The translations under genes and the position numbers were made by a program. Below are positions 8,653-18,274 of a stretch of DNA of 64,000 nt, piece by piece; position 1 is the first letter of the stretch, and every line of letters starts with the position of its first letter. The stretch covers positions 1 through 64,000 of the IMG/VR virus record IMGVR_UViG_3300050120_000152, one strand, 5' to 3'. Below the pieces are notes generated by a model that saw only the letters and a list, made by a program, of their open reading frames with translations, was not told where the DNA came from and ran no database searches.

Positions 8653-9273
8653 ATGTACATAGTGTATAAAACCATATGTAAAATTAATAATAAATTTTAT
8701 ATTGGAGTTCATAAAACAAAAAATATAGATGACGGATATTTGGGATCAGGTAATATTATAAAGCGTGCCATAAAAAAGTATGGTGAAGAAAATTTTGAAA
8801 GAATTATTCTTAATATATTAGAAAATGCAGCAGATGCATATGCAATAGAGGCATCCTTAGTAACCCAAGAATTGGTTGAATCAATAGAATGTTATAATTT
8901 AAAACTTGGTGGTCTAGGAGGATATGATTTAATAAATTCTCGTGATCAGACGAATAGAAATAGAAAAATCTCTAAAAATCGTAACTATCAAGATATTTTG
9001 TACATGGAACGGCAAAAACACTCAATGAAAAACTCTAAAGCGTATAGAAAGGCTAGAGAAGAAGGAACAAAGCATTTAACTTATTCATGGAAGAACAAGA
9101 AACATTCTCAAGAAACAATTTTAAAATTTAAAGAAGTTAAAAAAGAACATGGTAAAGGATTATCTAATTCTCAATATGGTACTATTTGGATCACCAATGG
9201 AACTGAGAATAAAAAATTAAATAAAAAGGAAATCATACCAATTGGTTGGTTTCGTGGTAGAGTAAAAATCTGA
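8653..9273 (+). mobile_element. GIY-YIG (Seg-like) homing endonuclease gene
   Basis: MYIVYKT..NNKFYIGVHKT..DDGYLGSG; late promoter TATAAATA 8622-8629; adjacent to tRNAs like T4 segB. Confidence 0.88.
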
Positions 9274-9283
9274 TAGAATGGTC

Positions 9284-9375
9284 TTGACATATGAAGAATT
9301 ATTGATTAAGATACAAGAGTGGGACAATAAGTATAAATAATTTAAGATTTCATCCTTCTATCAATGATATAAATA
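9284..9375 (+). promoter_or_regulatory. sigma70 promoter plus two late promoters
   Basis: TTGACA(9284)-N17-TAAGAT; TATAAATA 9332-9339 and 9368-9375. Confidence 0.6.
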
Positions 9376-9395
9376 TTTGAAAGAAGGATAATGAC

Positions 9396-9608
9396 ATGAT
9401 AGTAGAAGTAAGTTTGCTTAAACCTGCATGGGATGATATCATAGTGGTCAAGGTTGATTGTGGCAAGATGCCACCACATATCAGGTCACAAGTACAGAAA
9501 GAAACATTAGATAGAATGAAAGAAATATTCCCGAATAATAAAATTTTGATTCACGATATACAAATAGTAGTTAAAGTAGAAAAAGAATCTAAGTTTTTAA
9601 ATTTTTGA
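9396..9608 (+). CDS. Small hypothetical protein
   Basis: RBS AAGGA; 70 aa. Confidence 0.65.
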   Translation: MIVEVSLLKPAWDDIIVVKVDCGKMPPHIRSQVQKETLDRMKEIFPNNKILIHDIQIVVKVEKESKFLNF

Positions 9609-9641
9609 AAAAATTTAGGGTTTGGCAATAAATAAAAATAT

Positions 9642-9716
9642 GCGGGATTGAGTCATTGGGTGATTGTTGCCTTGCCAAGGCAAATTAAGTGGGTTCGATT
9701 CCCACATTCCGCTCCA
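9642..9716 (+). tRNA. tRNA-Gly(GCC)
   Basis: Loop TT-GCC-AA, U73, GTTCGATTC, CCA. Confidence 0.93.
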
Positions 9717-9793
9717 AAAATTGTATCTATATGGCTCCATAACACGGTTAAGAGTGTTATCTGAGACCTCCATAGTGATACAAATAGTTTTAT

Positions 9794-9872
9794 AGGTTGG
9801 TATTTTAATTGGTAAATTCCTTGGCTCCAAACCAAGAAGTGATGATGGGTTCGAATCCCTCTCAACCTGCCA
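9794..9872 (+). tRNA. tRNA-Trp(CCA) copy 1
   Basis: AGGTTGG/TCAACCT, G73, loop CT-CCA-AA, GTTCGAATC, CCA. Confidence 0.85.
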
Positions 9873-9883
9873 CAATTTAATAT

Positions 9884-9957
9884 AGGTCGGTCTTCCAAAA
9901 GCAGGAAAATAGTCTCCAAAACTATGAATGAGATTGCGAAATTCTCCCGGCCTGCCA
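9884..9957 (+). tRNA. tRNA-Trp(CCA) copy 2, atypical D- and T-loops
   Basis: AGGTCGG/CCGGCCT, G73, ATAGT-CTCCAAA-ACTAT, T-loop TGCGAAA, CCA. Confidence 0.75.
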
Positions 9958-9960
9958 ATT

Positions 9961-9989
9961 AAAACCTCACATTATTTGTGAGGTTTTTT
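9961..9989 (+). terminator. Intrinsic terminator ending the tRNA transcript
   Basis: AAAACCTCACA-TTATT-TGTGAGGTTTTTT. Confidence 0.85.
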
Positions 9990-10116
9990 CTTTGGTAGAT
10001 TAATATTTAAAATTTTACATCTTTTTCGTATTGCATTATCACTGACACTGAAATATTTTCCTTGTGTTATACTTTATTTGAAGATAATAAAACGCAAACA
10101 CATGCATTTTATCTAC

Positions 10117-10145
10117 TTGCATTAGATAAAATATGATGTTATAAT
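10117..10145 (+). promoter_or_regulatory. sigma70 promoter with extended -10
   Basis: TTGCAT-N17(..TGT)-TATAAT. Confidence 0.7.
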
Positions 10146-10171
10146 GTAAATAATTATTTTAGGAAATTATT

Positions 10172-10663
10172 ATGTCATTAGTAAATCATGCTGAAACTGA
10201 ATTAAAAGCTGCTGGACTTTTCGATAAAGATAGTGATTATGATGGAATGTTGGGTGATACTGTATTAGAATTAATAAAAGTATTTGCCAAACAAGGACAT
10301 TCTGGTTATAGTGCATCATTGTGCACAGAATTATTTTATAAGTTATCAAAATATCAACCACTTTTACCATTGACTGGAGAAGATTCTGAATGGTTTGATA
10401 TATCTGATATGAGCGGTGAACCGATGTTTCAAAACATCAGAAATTCAGCAGTATTCAAGGATAACGATAATGCATATTATCTCGATGGTAAACGATGTGT
10501 AGAACCTGATGGATGTAGCTATAGCAAGAAAACACCTATAAACTTTCCATATGATGCCAAAACTATAACTGTAAAGGTTGATTGGGATGGAAACGAAATA
10601 TCTGACGATCAAAGTGCGGCATTAGCCTTAAGTGGAAGACCATTAGAATTATTAACCGATTAA
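10172..10663 (+). CDS. Conserved phage hypothetical protein
   Basis: AGGA RBS; 'ELIKVFAKQGHSGYSA' motif common in phage proteins. Confidence 0.75.
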   Translation: MSLVNHAETELKAAGLFDKDSDYDGMLGDTVLELIKVFAKQGHSGYSASLCTELFYKLSKYQPLLPLTGEDSEWFDISDMSGEPMFQNIRNSAVFKDNDNAYYLDGKRCVEPDGCSYSKKTPINFPYDAKTITVKVDWDGNEISDDQSAALALSGRPLELLTD

Positions 10664-10669
10664 ATTATT

Positions 10670-11350
10670 ATGAGACATTGGCAAGAATTTGACAAAAATA
10701 TTAACGGTCGGGATTTTGTCACGGGCGACGTTCATGGATATTTTAATTTAGTAAAAATGAAAATGATGGAACTACATTTTGATAAAAATGTGGATAGATT
10801 ATTTTCATGTGGTGATCTTATAGATCGTGGCCCATATTCAGATCAAGCTATCGAATGGATAAAGGAACCATGGTTTTTTGCTATTAAAGGTAATCATGAA
10901 GAAATGCTTTGTCAATATCATTCGGGCAAGAAATGGCAAGGTTCTTATGCTAGTCATGGAGGACAATGGGCTATTGATTTATCTGAAGAAGAACGACAGG
11001 TTCATGTAGATGTTTTAAATAAATTACCCGATGTTTTCGAAATTGATACGATCAACGGTAAAATTGGTATTGTTCATGCTGAAGTTCCTGTACATGATTG
11101 GTTAGAATTTAAATTAAATTATTCAAAATATGAAGAAGAATCAAGATGGTCATTTGATTTATTTAATTATGCCATGCAGCATAATACGGCATATGCAGTA
11201 GATTATATTGATTATGTGATACATGGGCATTCTTCTGTAGTAAAACCTATACAAGTATACAATAAATTCTATATTGATTCAGGATTTTTGAGTGGTAAGC
11301 TATCATTTTTAGAAATAAATCATCCTGATGGTATTAAGGTACATCATTAA
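10670..11350 (+). CDS. Ser/Thr protein phosphatase (NinI/PrpA-like metallophosphoesterase)
   Basis: GDVHG, GDLIDRGP, GNHE, HAE, HGHS motifs. Confidence 0.9.
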   Translation: MRHWQEFDKNINGRDFVTGDVHGYFNLVKMKMMELHFDKNVDRLFSCGDLIDRGPYSDQAIEWIKEPWFFAIKGNHEEMLCQYHSGKKWQGSYASHGGQWAIDLSEEERQVHVDVLNKLPDVFEIDTINGKIGIVHAEVPVHDWLEFKLNYSKYEEESRWSFDLFNYAMQHNTAYAVDYIDYVIHGHSSVVKPIQVYNKFYIDSGFLSGKLSFLEINHPDGIKVHH

Positions 11351-11352
11351 TT

Positions 11353-11757
11353 ATGAATGAAATAATTGAAATTGAAGATGAATATGCTGAACTAGATTAT
11401 ATCGACTATTTAAAAATAATTGAGAATGAATTTATTACAAATAAATTATTCACGTTAGACGTTTGTGAAAGTATAACTAAAATTGTCGAAATCAACACAC
11501 TTACATCAAAACACAAAAACTTAATAAATAGGGCTTTCAGTATTATATTAACTTCCAATGATTATAAATTGATAATTAACTCAGTTACAATGTATATGCA
11601 TAAAAACACTAATCCAGATACCGTCGTGTTTATCAGTGACAGAAAATTTAGTGATTATATACAATTATTTAATGCTATTATGTTTAATATCGAAGATATT
11701 GTTGAAGCCTCTATTGAACAAATTTTTAATGGTAACGTAAATTTCATAGAACCGTAA
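11353..11757 (+). CDS. Hypothetical protein
   Basis: Operon-coupled ORF. Confidence 0.6.
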   Translation: MNEIIEIEDEYAELDYIDYLKIIENEFITNKLFTLDVCESITKIVEINTLTSKHKNLINRAFSIILTSNDYKLIINSVTMYMHKNTNPDTVVFISDRKFSDYIQLFNAIMFNIEDIVEASIEQIFNGNVNFIEP

Positions 11758-11778
11758 ACTAATTTAATAATATTAAAT

Positions 11779-11804
11779 AAACCGCCCCTTTGGGCGGTTT
11801 TTTA
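11779..11804 (+). terminator. Intrinsic terminator
   Basis: AAACCGCCC-CTTT-GGGCGGTTTTTT. Confidence 0.9.
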
Positions 11805-11948
11805 TTGCCAAAAATAAGTTTTCTTAATAATTCAGTAACTTACAAAATTAATTTCAAAATTTTACATATATTTTACTATTTTTTTTCTCTTGTAAATCAA
11901 TAACTTACATCATGAGTCCTAGTGAAATTAATTTATTTTTTTATCTTA

Positions 11949-11956
11949 TATAAATA
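11949..11956 (+). promoter_or_regulatory. T4-type late promoter for the scaffold/capsid operon
   Basis: TATAAATA about 40 nt upstream of ATG 11997. Confidence 0.8.
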
Positions 11957-11996
11957 ATATTGCAATTTTAAATAATTATTTAACGGGAGCAACTTA

Positions 11997-12917
11997 ATGG
12001 ATGAATTATTGAAAACTATTTTGGAATCTGAAGTTTTGACAGATGAATCCAAAAAAGAATTAACCGAAGCTTTCAAAGCTACGATTAGTGAAGCAATTGA
12101 ACAGGCTAAAACAGAAACTGAAGTTAAGGTTCGTGCAGAACTTACTGAACAGTTTATTGTTGAAAAAGATGCCATTGTTGAAGCATTGGATACAAAAGTA
12201 GAAGAATTTCTTGCTAAGCATTTAGAAGAACTTTCTGAAGATATTTCCAACTTCCGTGATCTTGAAGCTGAATTCGCATCACGTTTGGTAGAAGAAAAGT
12301 CAGCAATTGCTGAAACTGTCAAGCGCGATATGGCTGAATTAATTGATCAGTTAGATGCATTTAACACAAAATGCTTAGAAGAAGAGTTTGCTGAATTTGA
12401 AGAATCTATTAACGAAGTTAAGCAGATTCAATTCGGTAAGTCAATCTTTGAAGCTGTTGCAAAAACATTTGAAGCCAATTTTGCCGATTCTAACGATACG
12501 TTGAATCAATTGAAGGAAGCAGAAGCAAAATTAGCACAAACAACAAAGGCTCTTAGCGAATCCACAAAAACTTTGAATGATGTACAACGCGCTCAAAAGC
12601 TTAGTGAAGTCTTGGAACCATTGTCAGGACGCCCTCGTGAAGTTATGGAAGCTATCTTAAAGACTACTCCGGTAGAAAAATTAGATGAAGCTTTTGAAAA
12701 ATTCATTGGACGTGTTCTACATGATGTAAGTAAGTCGGAGAAGGAAAGTGATCAACCACCTGTACTAGCCGAAGGTAAAGAAACAACCATCGCCGAAGAA
12801 ACAGTAATTGCTACGGGTGATACCGAGACAATTATCGAATCTACAAGTGTTGGTAAAACTGGTTTGTCCTTGGAAGCAAAAGCTCGCATCCAAAGATTAG
12901 CTGGCGTGGATTATTAA
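11997..12917 (+). CDS. gp22: Prohead core scaffolding protein (T4 gp22-like)
   Basis: Acidic coiled coil directly upstream of the capsid gene; FGKSIFEA motif. Confidence 0.85.
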   Translation: MDELLKTILESEVLTDESKKELTEAFKATISEAIEQAKTETEVKVRAELTEQFIVEKDAIVEALDTKVEEFLAKHLEELSEDISNFRDLEAEFASRLVEEKSAIAETVKRDMAELIDQLDAFNTKCLEEEFAEFEESINEVKQIQFGKSIFEAVAKTFEANFADSNDTLNQLKEAEAKLAQTTKALSESTKTLNDVQRAQKLSEVLEPLSGRPREVMEAILKTTPVEKLDEAFEKFIGRVLHDVSKSEKESDQPPVLAEGKETTIAEETVIATGDTETIIESTSVGKTGLSLEAKARIQRLAGVDY

Positions 12918-12946
12918 TTTTAAGCTATTAACACAGGAGAATAAAA

Positions 12947-14353
12947 ATGGCTGATGACACAAAACTATTGACTGAAAATTGGACTGAAACTAAGCAAGCT
13001 TTAATGCAAGGTCTTCCAAAGTCAAAAATGGGTATCGTTGAATCCGTATTAGAAAATCAACGTAAATTTATGTTAAACGAAACTGCTTCATCTGGTGCCA
13101 TTGGTGCTGGTGATATTGCAAACTTCCGTAAAACATTGCTTCCACTTATCCGTCGTGTAATTCCGGGTACAATTGCTACTGAAATCGTTGGCGTTCAGCC
13201 AATGTCAGGCCCAGTTGCTCAGATTTTCACAATGCGTTATAAGTTTGAAGAAAATATGACACATGACGACACACGTTCACAATTCGGTGGTTACGACATC
13301 GTAGCTGGTGATGAAATGTTCGGTAATGCTAAGCCTGTTCGTGCTTTCTACTCAGGTAACACTGGCGTAGCACAGCCTGCTGGTGCTTCTGGTTTCTCTG
13401 CTGCTGGTGCTGACGGCACATCTGCTCCGGGTAACGTTACTGGTACAGCTAGTGGCGAAGGTTGGGCATCTGATCCAGACGTAACTCAGTATGATACAGG
13501 TACAACCTTGTATGGTAACCCAGTTGGTGGATCATTGTACGGTGGTAACTCTAGCTTCTTAGAAGGTTCTGGTGGCCGTAAGGTTTCCTTGGAATTGATT
13601 TCTCAAGCTATTGAAGCCAAGTCTCGTAAGTTACAGGCTTCATGGACAATCGAAGCTATGCAAGACTTAAACAGTCAGCATGGATTAGATATCGAAACTG
13701 AAATGACAAAGGGTATCTCTGCCGAAATCGTAAACGAAATCGACGCAGAAGTTATTAATGATCTTTTGGCATTAGCTGGTACAGTTCGTGTGTTCGACTT
13801 AGCTGCAACGTCAGGTACAACCTACGCACCAGCCTTCATCGGTGACCGTTTGGCTAACCTTGGCCCAGTGATTAACGCTGTATGTAATGAAATTGCTCGT
13901 AAGACTCGTCGTGGTGCAGGTAACTTCATCGTTGTTTCTCCGATGATTGTGTCCGCTCTACAATCTGCTGCTAAGGCTGTCTTCGCACCAGCAATTGAAG
14001 GTTCATTCAAGTCTCCAACCAACACCATGTTGGCCGGTACTTTGAATGGTACAATCAAAGTGTATTCCTACTTATGGGATCAGGCTCAACCGGGTCACTC
14101 TGCACCGGCTGGTACTGACAAAATCCTTGTAGGTTATAAGGGTGGTAACGGTGAAACTGATGCGGGTTATTTCTACTCCCCATACGTTCCATTGATGTCA
14201 ACAGGTACAATCATCAACCCAGTCACAATGCAACCAGTTGTGTCCTTGATGACAAGATATGGTAAGGCTATCTTAACAGATACCAAGACCTCCTTGGGTA
14301 ACTCTGCTGATTATTACGGTAAAGTTAACGTTGTAAACTTAGACTTCGTTTAA
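12947..14353 (+). CDS. gp23: Major capsid protein (T4 gp23-like)
   Basis: LIRRVIP..IVGVQPMSGP..IF.MR, KSRKLQASWTIEAMQDL..HGLD, YSPYVPL..MTRYG. Confidence 0.97.
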   Translation: MADDTKLLTENWTETKQALMQGLPKSKMGIVESVLENQRKFMLNETASSGAIGAGDIANFRKTLLPLIRRVIPGTIATEIVGVQPMSGPVAQIFTMRYKFEENMTHDDTRSQFGGYDIVAGDEMFGNAKPVRAFYSGNTGVAQPAGASGFSAAGADGTSAPGNVTGTASGEGWASDPDVTQYDTGTTLYGNPVGGSLYGGNSSFLEGSGGRKVSLELISQAIEAKSRKLQASWTIEAMQDLNSQHGLDIETEMTKGISAEIVNEIDAEVINDLLALAGTVRVFDLAATSGTTYAPAFIGDRLANLGPVINAVCNEIARKTRRGAGNFIVVSPMIVSALQSAAKAVFAPAIEGSFKSPTNTMLAGTLNGTIKVYSYLWDQAQPGHSAPAGTDKILVGYKGGNGETDAGYFYSPYVPLMSTGTIINPVTMQPVVSLMTRYGKAILTDTKTSLGNSADYYGKVNVVNLDFV

Positions 14354-14380
14354 TAGACAAAGTTTAATTGTAATAAACCA

Positions 14381-14410
14381 AAAAACCCTAGAGAAATCTA
14401 GGGTTTTTTA
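14381..14410 (+). terminator. Intrinsic terminator after the capsid gene
   Basis: AAAAACCCTAGA-GAAA-TCTAGGGTTTTTT. Confidence 0.9.
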
Positions 14411-14487
14411 TTTTATAAATAAAAAAATTCAAGTTTGAAATTACACATCTCATAAATAATAGGAAGTCATTATTTAGGAGATTTTCA

Positions 14488-16623
14488 ATGGCAAGTACCT
14501 TAGTATCGCCGGGTGTAACCAGCACAATTATTGATCAAAGTTTTTACGTCAGTAATCAGGCAGCAACAATTCCACTTATTTTTATTGCAACTGCTGATCA
14601 AAAGTTTCAGGCAGATGGTGTTACCCCAGCATTGGGTACGTTTGAAAATAACGTTCTTCGCGAAGTTACATCAGTTCAACAATCATTACAATTATATGGT
14701 ACTCCACGATTCTTAACTGATGCTTCAGGAAACCCATTACATGGCGATTCTCGTAGTGAATTCGGTCTTGATGCTTTAAATAAAGCATTAGGCGTATGTA
14801 GCTTAGCTTACGTAATTAGAGCTAACGTTAACTTAAATGATGATATTAATGCATTACGCACTTTATGGAATAATTTGACTGCCGATGCGGCTGATTATTT
14901 AAGTTCATTAGTACAAGATTATATTACTCAGTATAACTTATCTAATAATTTTATTCCTGCTGATGCCGGTTACAAACAAACTGCCGATGCTGCTGAATTA
15001 AAAATATTATTATCTGAAGCATTGACAGAAGTTTTCGCGTCGTTCTCATTTAGTTCACAAAATTTCCAAAATTCATTTTTATTAGACCATACCGTAGCAC
15101 AGTCCGGTTATCAGGATGTATTGTTCAACACCACTAATGGGTTCTTACAATTATCAGATATTACTGGTCTTGTATCTACTAAATTATATGGTGCTGATGT
15201 TGAAATTGTATCGGCATCAGGCACACATACCTATCCAGTAAGCTTATTGGGATCGCAGGCAGTTACTTTTGGTGATTTAGTTTCTTTCTTGAATACTACG
15301 TTTGGCGTTACAGGTACTGTACAATTGCTTAATGGCAGATTAAGAATTACATCATCATTGACAGGTGTTACATCAGCAGTATCTATTACTACTGATGGTT
15401 TTAGTGGTACATCTCCATTATTTGGTAGCTTAAACTTATATACTGGTTTGGATACTCCAATTGCCGGTACGGGTGTTGGCACATTGAATATTTATGATCC
15501 AACTTATACAACTATCACTGGTGCATATGATGGCTTAGATGAAATGATTAATGCTTGGGTAAGCGGTAGTATCGTTCCCGATGAATTCACATCAGCAGAA
15601 GCAGAAGGATTATTATTAACTGCCAAATCAGATTTTGAAGATACTAAAGAATTCAAAATTTATTCAATTTTGGGAGCTAATGATGCTGCAAGACGCGCAA
15701 TTATCGTCAAACAATTAAATGCTGCGATTGCTAATCCATTAACTGGCGCTACAGCTGATAATATTCAATATGATATTGTGGCTTGTCCGGGTTATTGGGA
15801 AACTACTAATGCATTGACAGTATTATCACAAGCTGTTCGGAGTGAGGTATTCGTAGCAGGTGATACCCCATATAATATTCCGGCATTAGGCCCAAATGGT
15901 ATTGTAACATGGGCTACTACTCCATCGCGAGTAACAAATCATATTGATGGTTATTGGTATGGTGCTGGGTTGACTACAAATATTGATGGATCGACCATTT
16001 TAGCAACAGCAGCTTCAACAGCATTACGAACATTGATTTATTCTGATAGTATTTCAGAAAAATGGTATGCCCCTGCTGGTGCGACCCGTGGTACTTGCCC
16101 ACAATTGTCTAATATTGGTTATGTTAGTGGTACATTGGGCGCAGCTACTACCTTTGTAACAGATTATTTGGATCAAGGTACGAGAGATGCATTATATCAA
16201 TTCCCGGTAAATATCAACCCAATAACTTATATTGCGGGTAGAGGCATTTTGGTATATGGTCAGAAATCATCTAGTCCGGTAACATCCTCATTAGATCGTA
16301 TTAATGTGGTTAGATTAACAATGTATATGCAGCGTCAATTACGTTTAGCGCTATTTGCATTCTTGTTCGAACCAGATGACAAGGTTACATGGGATAATGT
16401 TAAATTCGTGGCAGATACTTTCTGTAATCGTTTAGTTTCTCGTAGAGGATTATATGATTTCGTAACAATATGTGATTCAACTACTAATACACCAGAAACA
16501 ATTGATAATAATGAATTACATTTACAAGTGTATATTCAACCTACTAAGGATGTAGAATTTATTTATATTGATATCACTTTGGTTAATACTGGTACTGATT
16601 TAACGCATGTACAAGGAAGTTAA
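14488..16623 (+). CDS. gp18: Tail sheath protein (T4 gp18-like) with insertion
   Basis: LVSPGV..ID.S; WYAPAG..RG; INPI..G..V.GQK; RINVVRL; FLFEP.D; IQPTK..EFIYI; late promoters at 14414 and 14451. Confidence 0.93.
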   Translation: MASTLVSPGVTSTIIDQSFYVSNQAATIPLIFIATADQKFQADGVTPALGTFENNVLREVTSVQQSLQLYGTPRFLTDASGNPLHGDSRSEFGLDALNKALGVCSLAYVIRANVNLNDDINALRTLWNNLTADAADYLSSLVQDYITQYNLSNNFIPADAGYKQTADAAELKILLSEALTEVFASFSFSSQNFQNSFLLDHTVAQSGYQDVLFNTTNGFLQLSDITGLVSTKLYGADVEIVSASGTHTYPVSLLGSQAVTFGDLVSFLNTTFGVTGTVQLLNGRLRITSSLTGVTSAVSITTDGFSGTSPLFGSLNLYTGLDTPIAGTGVGTLNIYDPTYTTITGAYDGLDEMINAWVSGSIVPDEFTSAEAEGLLLTAKSDFEDTKEFKIYSILGANDAARRAIIVKQLNAAIANPLTGATADNIQYDIVACPGYWETTNALTVLSQAVRSEVFVAGDTPYNIPALGPNGIVTWATTPSRVTNHIDGYWYGAGLTTNIDGSTILATAASTALRTLIYSDSISEKWYAPAGATRGTCPQLSNIGYVSGTLGAATTFVTDYLDQGTRDALYQFPVNINPITYIAGRGILVYGQKSSSPVTSSLDRINVVRLTMYMQRQLRLALFAFLFEPDDKVTWDNVKFVADTFCNRLVSRRGLYDFVTICDSTTNTPETIDNNELHLQVYIQPTKDVEFIYIDITLVNTGTDLTHVQGS

Positions 16624-16647
16624 TATTTTTGGCAATTGATTGACTAG

Positions 16648-16682
16648 AATTAAGGGCGACGTTATAATCGCCCTTAATTTTT
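16648..16682 (+). terminator. Intrinsic terminator
   Basis: AATTAAGGGCGA-loop-TCGCCCTTAATT followed by Ts. Confidence 0.85.
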
Positions 16683-16797
16683 GAATGTTATAAAATGGTA
16701 CAAGATGATATGTAAGAAAATATTATACTGGGATTATGGTGCATTAAAGTTTGCGGCGAGTTTATCACATAAATAATGCATAATAGGTATAGATAAT

Positions 16798-17205
16798 ATG
16801 ACAACAATGTCACGAGGAATTCGTAATAATAATCCGGGTAATATTAGATTGGGTGAACCGTGGCAAGGATTAGCTGCCATCCAAACTGACGATAGTTTTT
16901 GTCAATTTGCATCACCGCAGTATGGTATCAGAGCCATAATGAAAATTATGGAAACTTATAATTCCGAAGGATTTAATACCATTACTGAAATCATTACGAA
17001 ATGGGCACCCCCTAATGAAAATGATACTAATGCTTATGTTGCAGCGGTATCAGCTACATCTGGTATTGCGCCTACCGTAGCATTAAATATAACTGATCCT
17101 ATTATTTGGATAGGCATCATTAAATCAATAATTTTACATGAAAATGGACAAAACCCATATACAGATGCTATAATCGAATCTGGTATAAAAATGGCCCTTA
17201 TTTAA
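16798..17205 (+). CDS. Lysozyme-like virion protein (P5-like, RGIRNNNPGNI family)
   Basis: RGIRNNNPGNIR...F.SP..GIRA...Y...II.KWAPPNENDT..Y; CATAAATA at 16768. Confidence 0.75.
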   Translation: MTTMSRGIRNNNPGNIRLGEPWQGLAAIQTDDSFCQFASPQYGIRAIMKIMETYNSEGFNTITEIITKWAPPNENDTNAYVAAVSATSGIAPTVALNITDPIIWIGIIKSIILHENGQNPYTDAIIESGIKMALI

Positions 17206-18239
17206 TGACAAAATTACAAACATTTCAAGATATTATATTAGCTGGTGCAATTGGTGATGCGTTCGGATATTTTGTAGAATTTGACTCTATTGAATGGATA
17301 CATGCTAAATGGGGCGATGATATAAATTTTTCTGGTATGATTCATCTCAAGCCAAACTGGAAAGTGTCCGACGACACGCAAATGACGTTATTTTGTCTAG
17401 ATGCTATTCAAGAAGATTTAGCTATTCCCACTCGCCCACTTGATGCTACATTGCATGCGATATCATCAAATTATTTTGAATGGTATAAAACACAATTCAT
17501 GTATAAAACTCCATTTATGGCATCACCAGATTCTACCTTACCTGTTGTCCATACAGATATGATCAAATTTAGTTCATTATACACGAGGGAAGCCCCCGGT
17601 ACTACATGTCTTGAATCGTTAGCCAGTGGTGAAGCAGGGCTAATAGGAAATCCAATTAATAATTCTAAAGGATGTGGCGGAATTATGCGTGTAGCTCCCA
17701 TATCTTTCCTTATGTTGCCATATAATCATATATTTAAATTGGGTGCGGATCAAGCTGCTTTGACTCACGGACACCCTCTCGGATATTTAAGTGCTGGTGT
17801 ATTTGCATTAATTTTGAAAATGAGTATTGACGGGATTAAATGGAATACTCCAGAAGTGAAAATGCTTATTCGATCATCTTATAATGGATATCTAGGTGAA
17901 GACGAATTTAATAAATATTTAAATAAAGTATTCGTTGCGCTAGATAATCCTACTATTTTAACTGGTCAGGCTCTAAATGACGCTCTAGGACAAGGTTGGG
18001 TGGGTGAAGAGGCGCTAGGTATAGCGATGTATTGTGCGTGCAAATTTAACACGTTTTCTGAAGTCATAGAGGCATCTGCTAACCACAATGGGGATTCAGA
18101 TTCTACAGCATCTCTAGCGGCACAATTGTTCGTGGCTATGGGTGGCGAATTAGACCCTAGATGTCATAAGATTGCCATTTCGTGTAAAGATGTTATTGAA
18201 TATGAATTTGAAAAAATGTCAAAAAATATTATGTATTGA
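17205..18239 (+). CDS. ADP-ribosylglycohydrolase (ARH/DraG family)
   Basis: AIGDAFG, SDDTQM, NSKGCGGIMRVAP, THGHP, NHNGDSDSTAS. Confidence 0.92.
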   Translation: MTKLQTFQDIILAGAIGDAFGYFVEFDSIEWIHAKWGDDINFSGMIHLKPNWKVSDDTQMTLFCLDAIQEDLAIPTRPLDATLHAISSNYFEWYKTQFMYKTPFMASPDSTLPVVHTDMIKFSSLYTREAPGTTCLESLASGEAGLIGNPINNSKGCGGIMRVAPISFLMLPYNHIFKLGADQAALTHGHPLGYLSAGVFALILKMSIDGIKWNTPEVKMLIRSSYNGYLGEDEFNKYLNKVFVALDNPTILTGQALNDALGQGWVGEEALGIAMYCACKFNTFSEVIEASANHNGDSDSTASLAAQLFVAMGGELDPRCHKIAISCKDVIEYEFEKMSKNIMY

Positions 18240-18274
18240 CCGCGACTAATAAATATTAACAATAGAACTTATAT

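Noticed and set aside
8457-9958. ORF-track entries 8457-8642, 9615-9875, 9653-9958 (and 3665-3952)
   Set aside because: They overlap tRNA genes; spurious.
11933-14058. Minus-strand ORFs over the scaffold and capsid genes
   Set aside because: Antisense open frames caused by biased codon usage of highly expressed genes.
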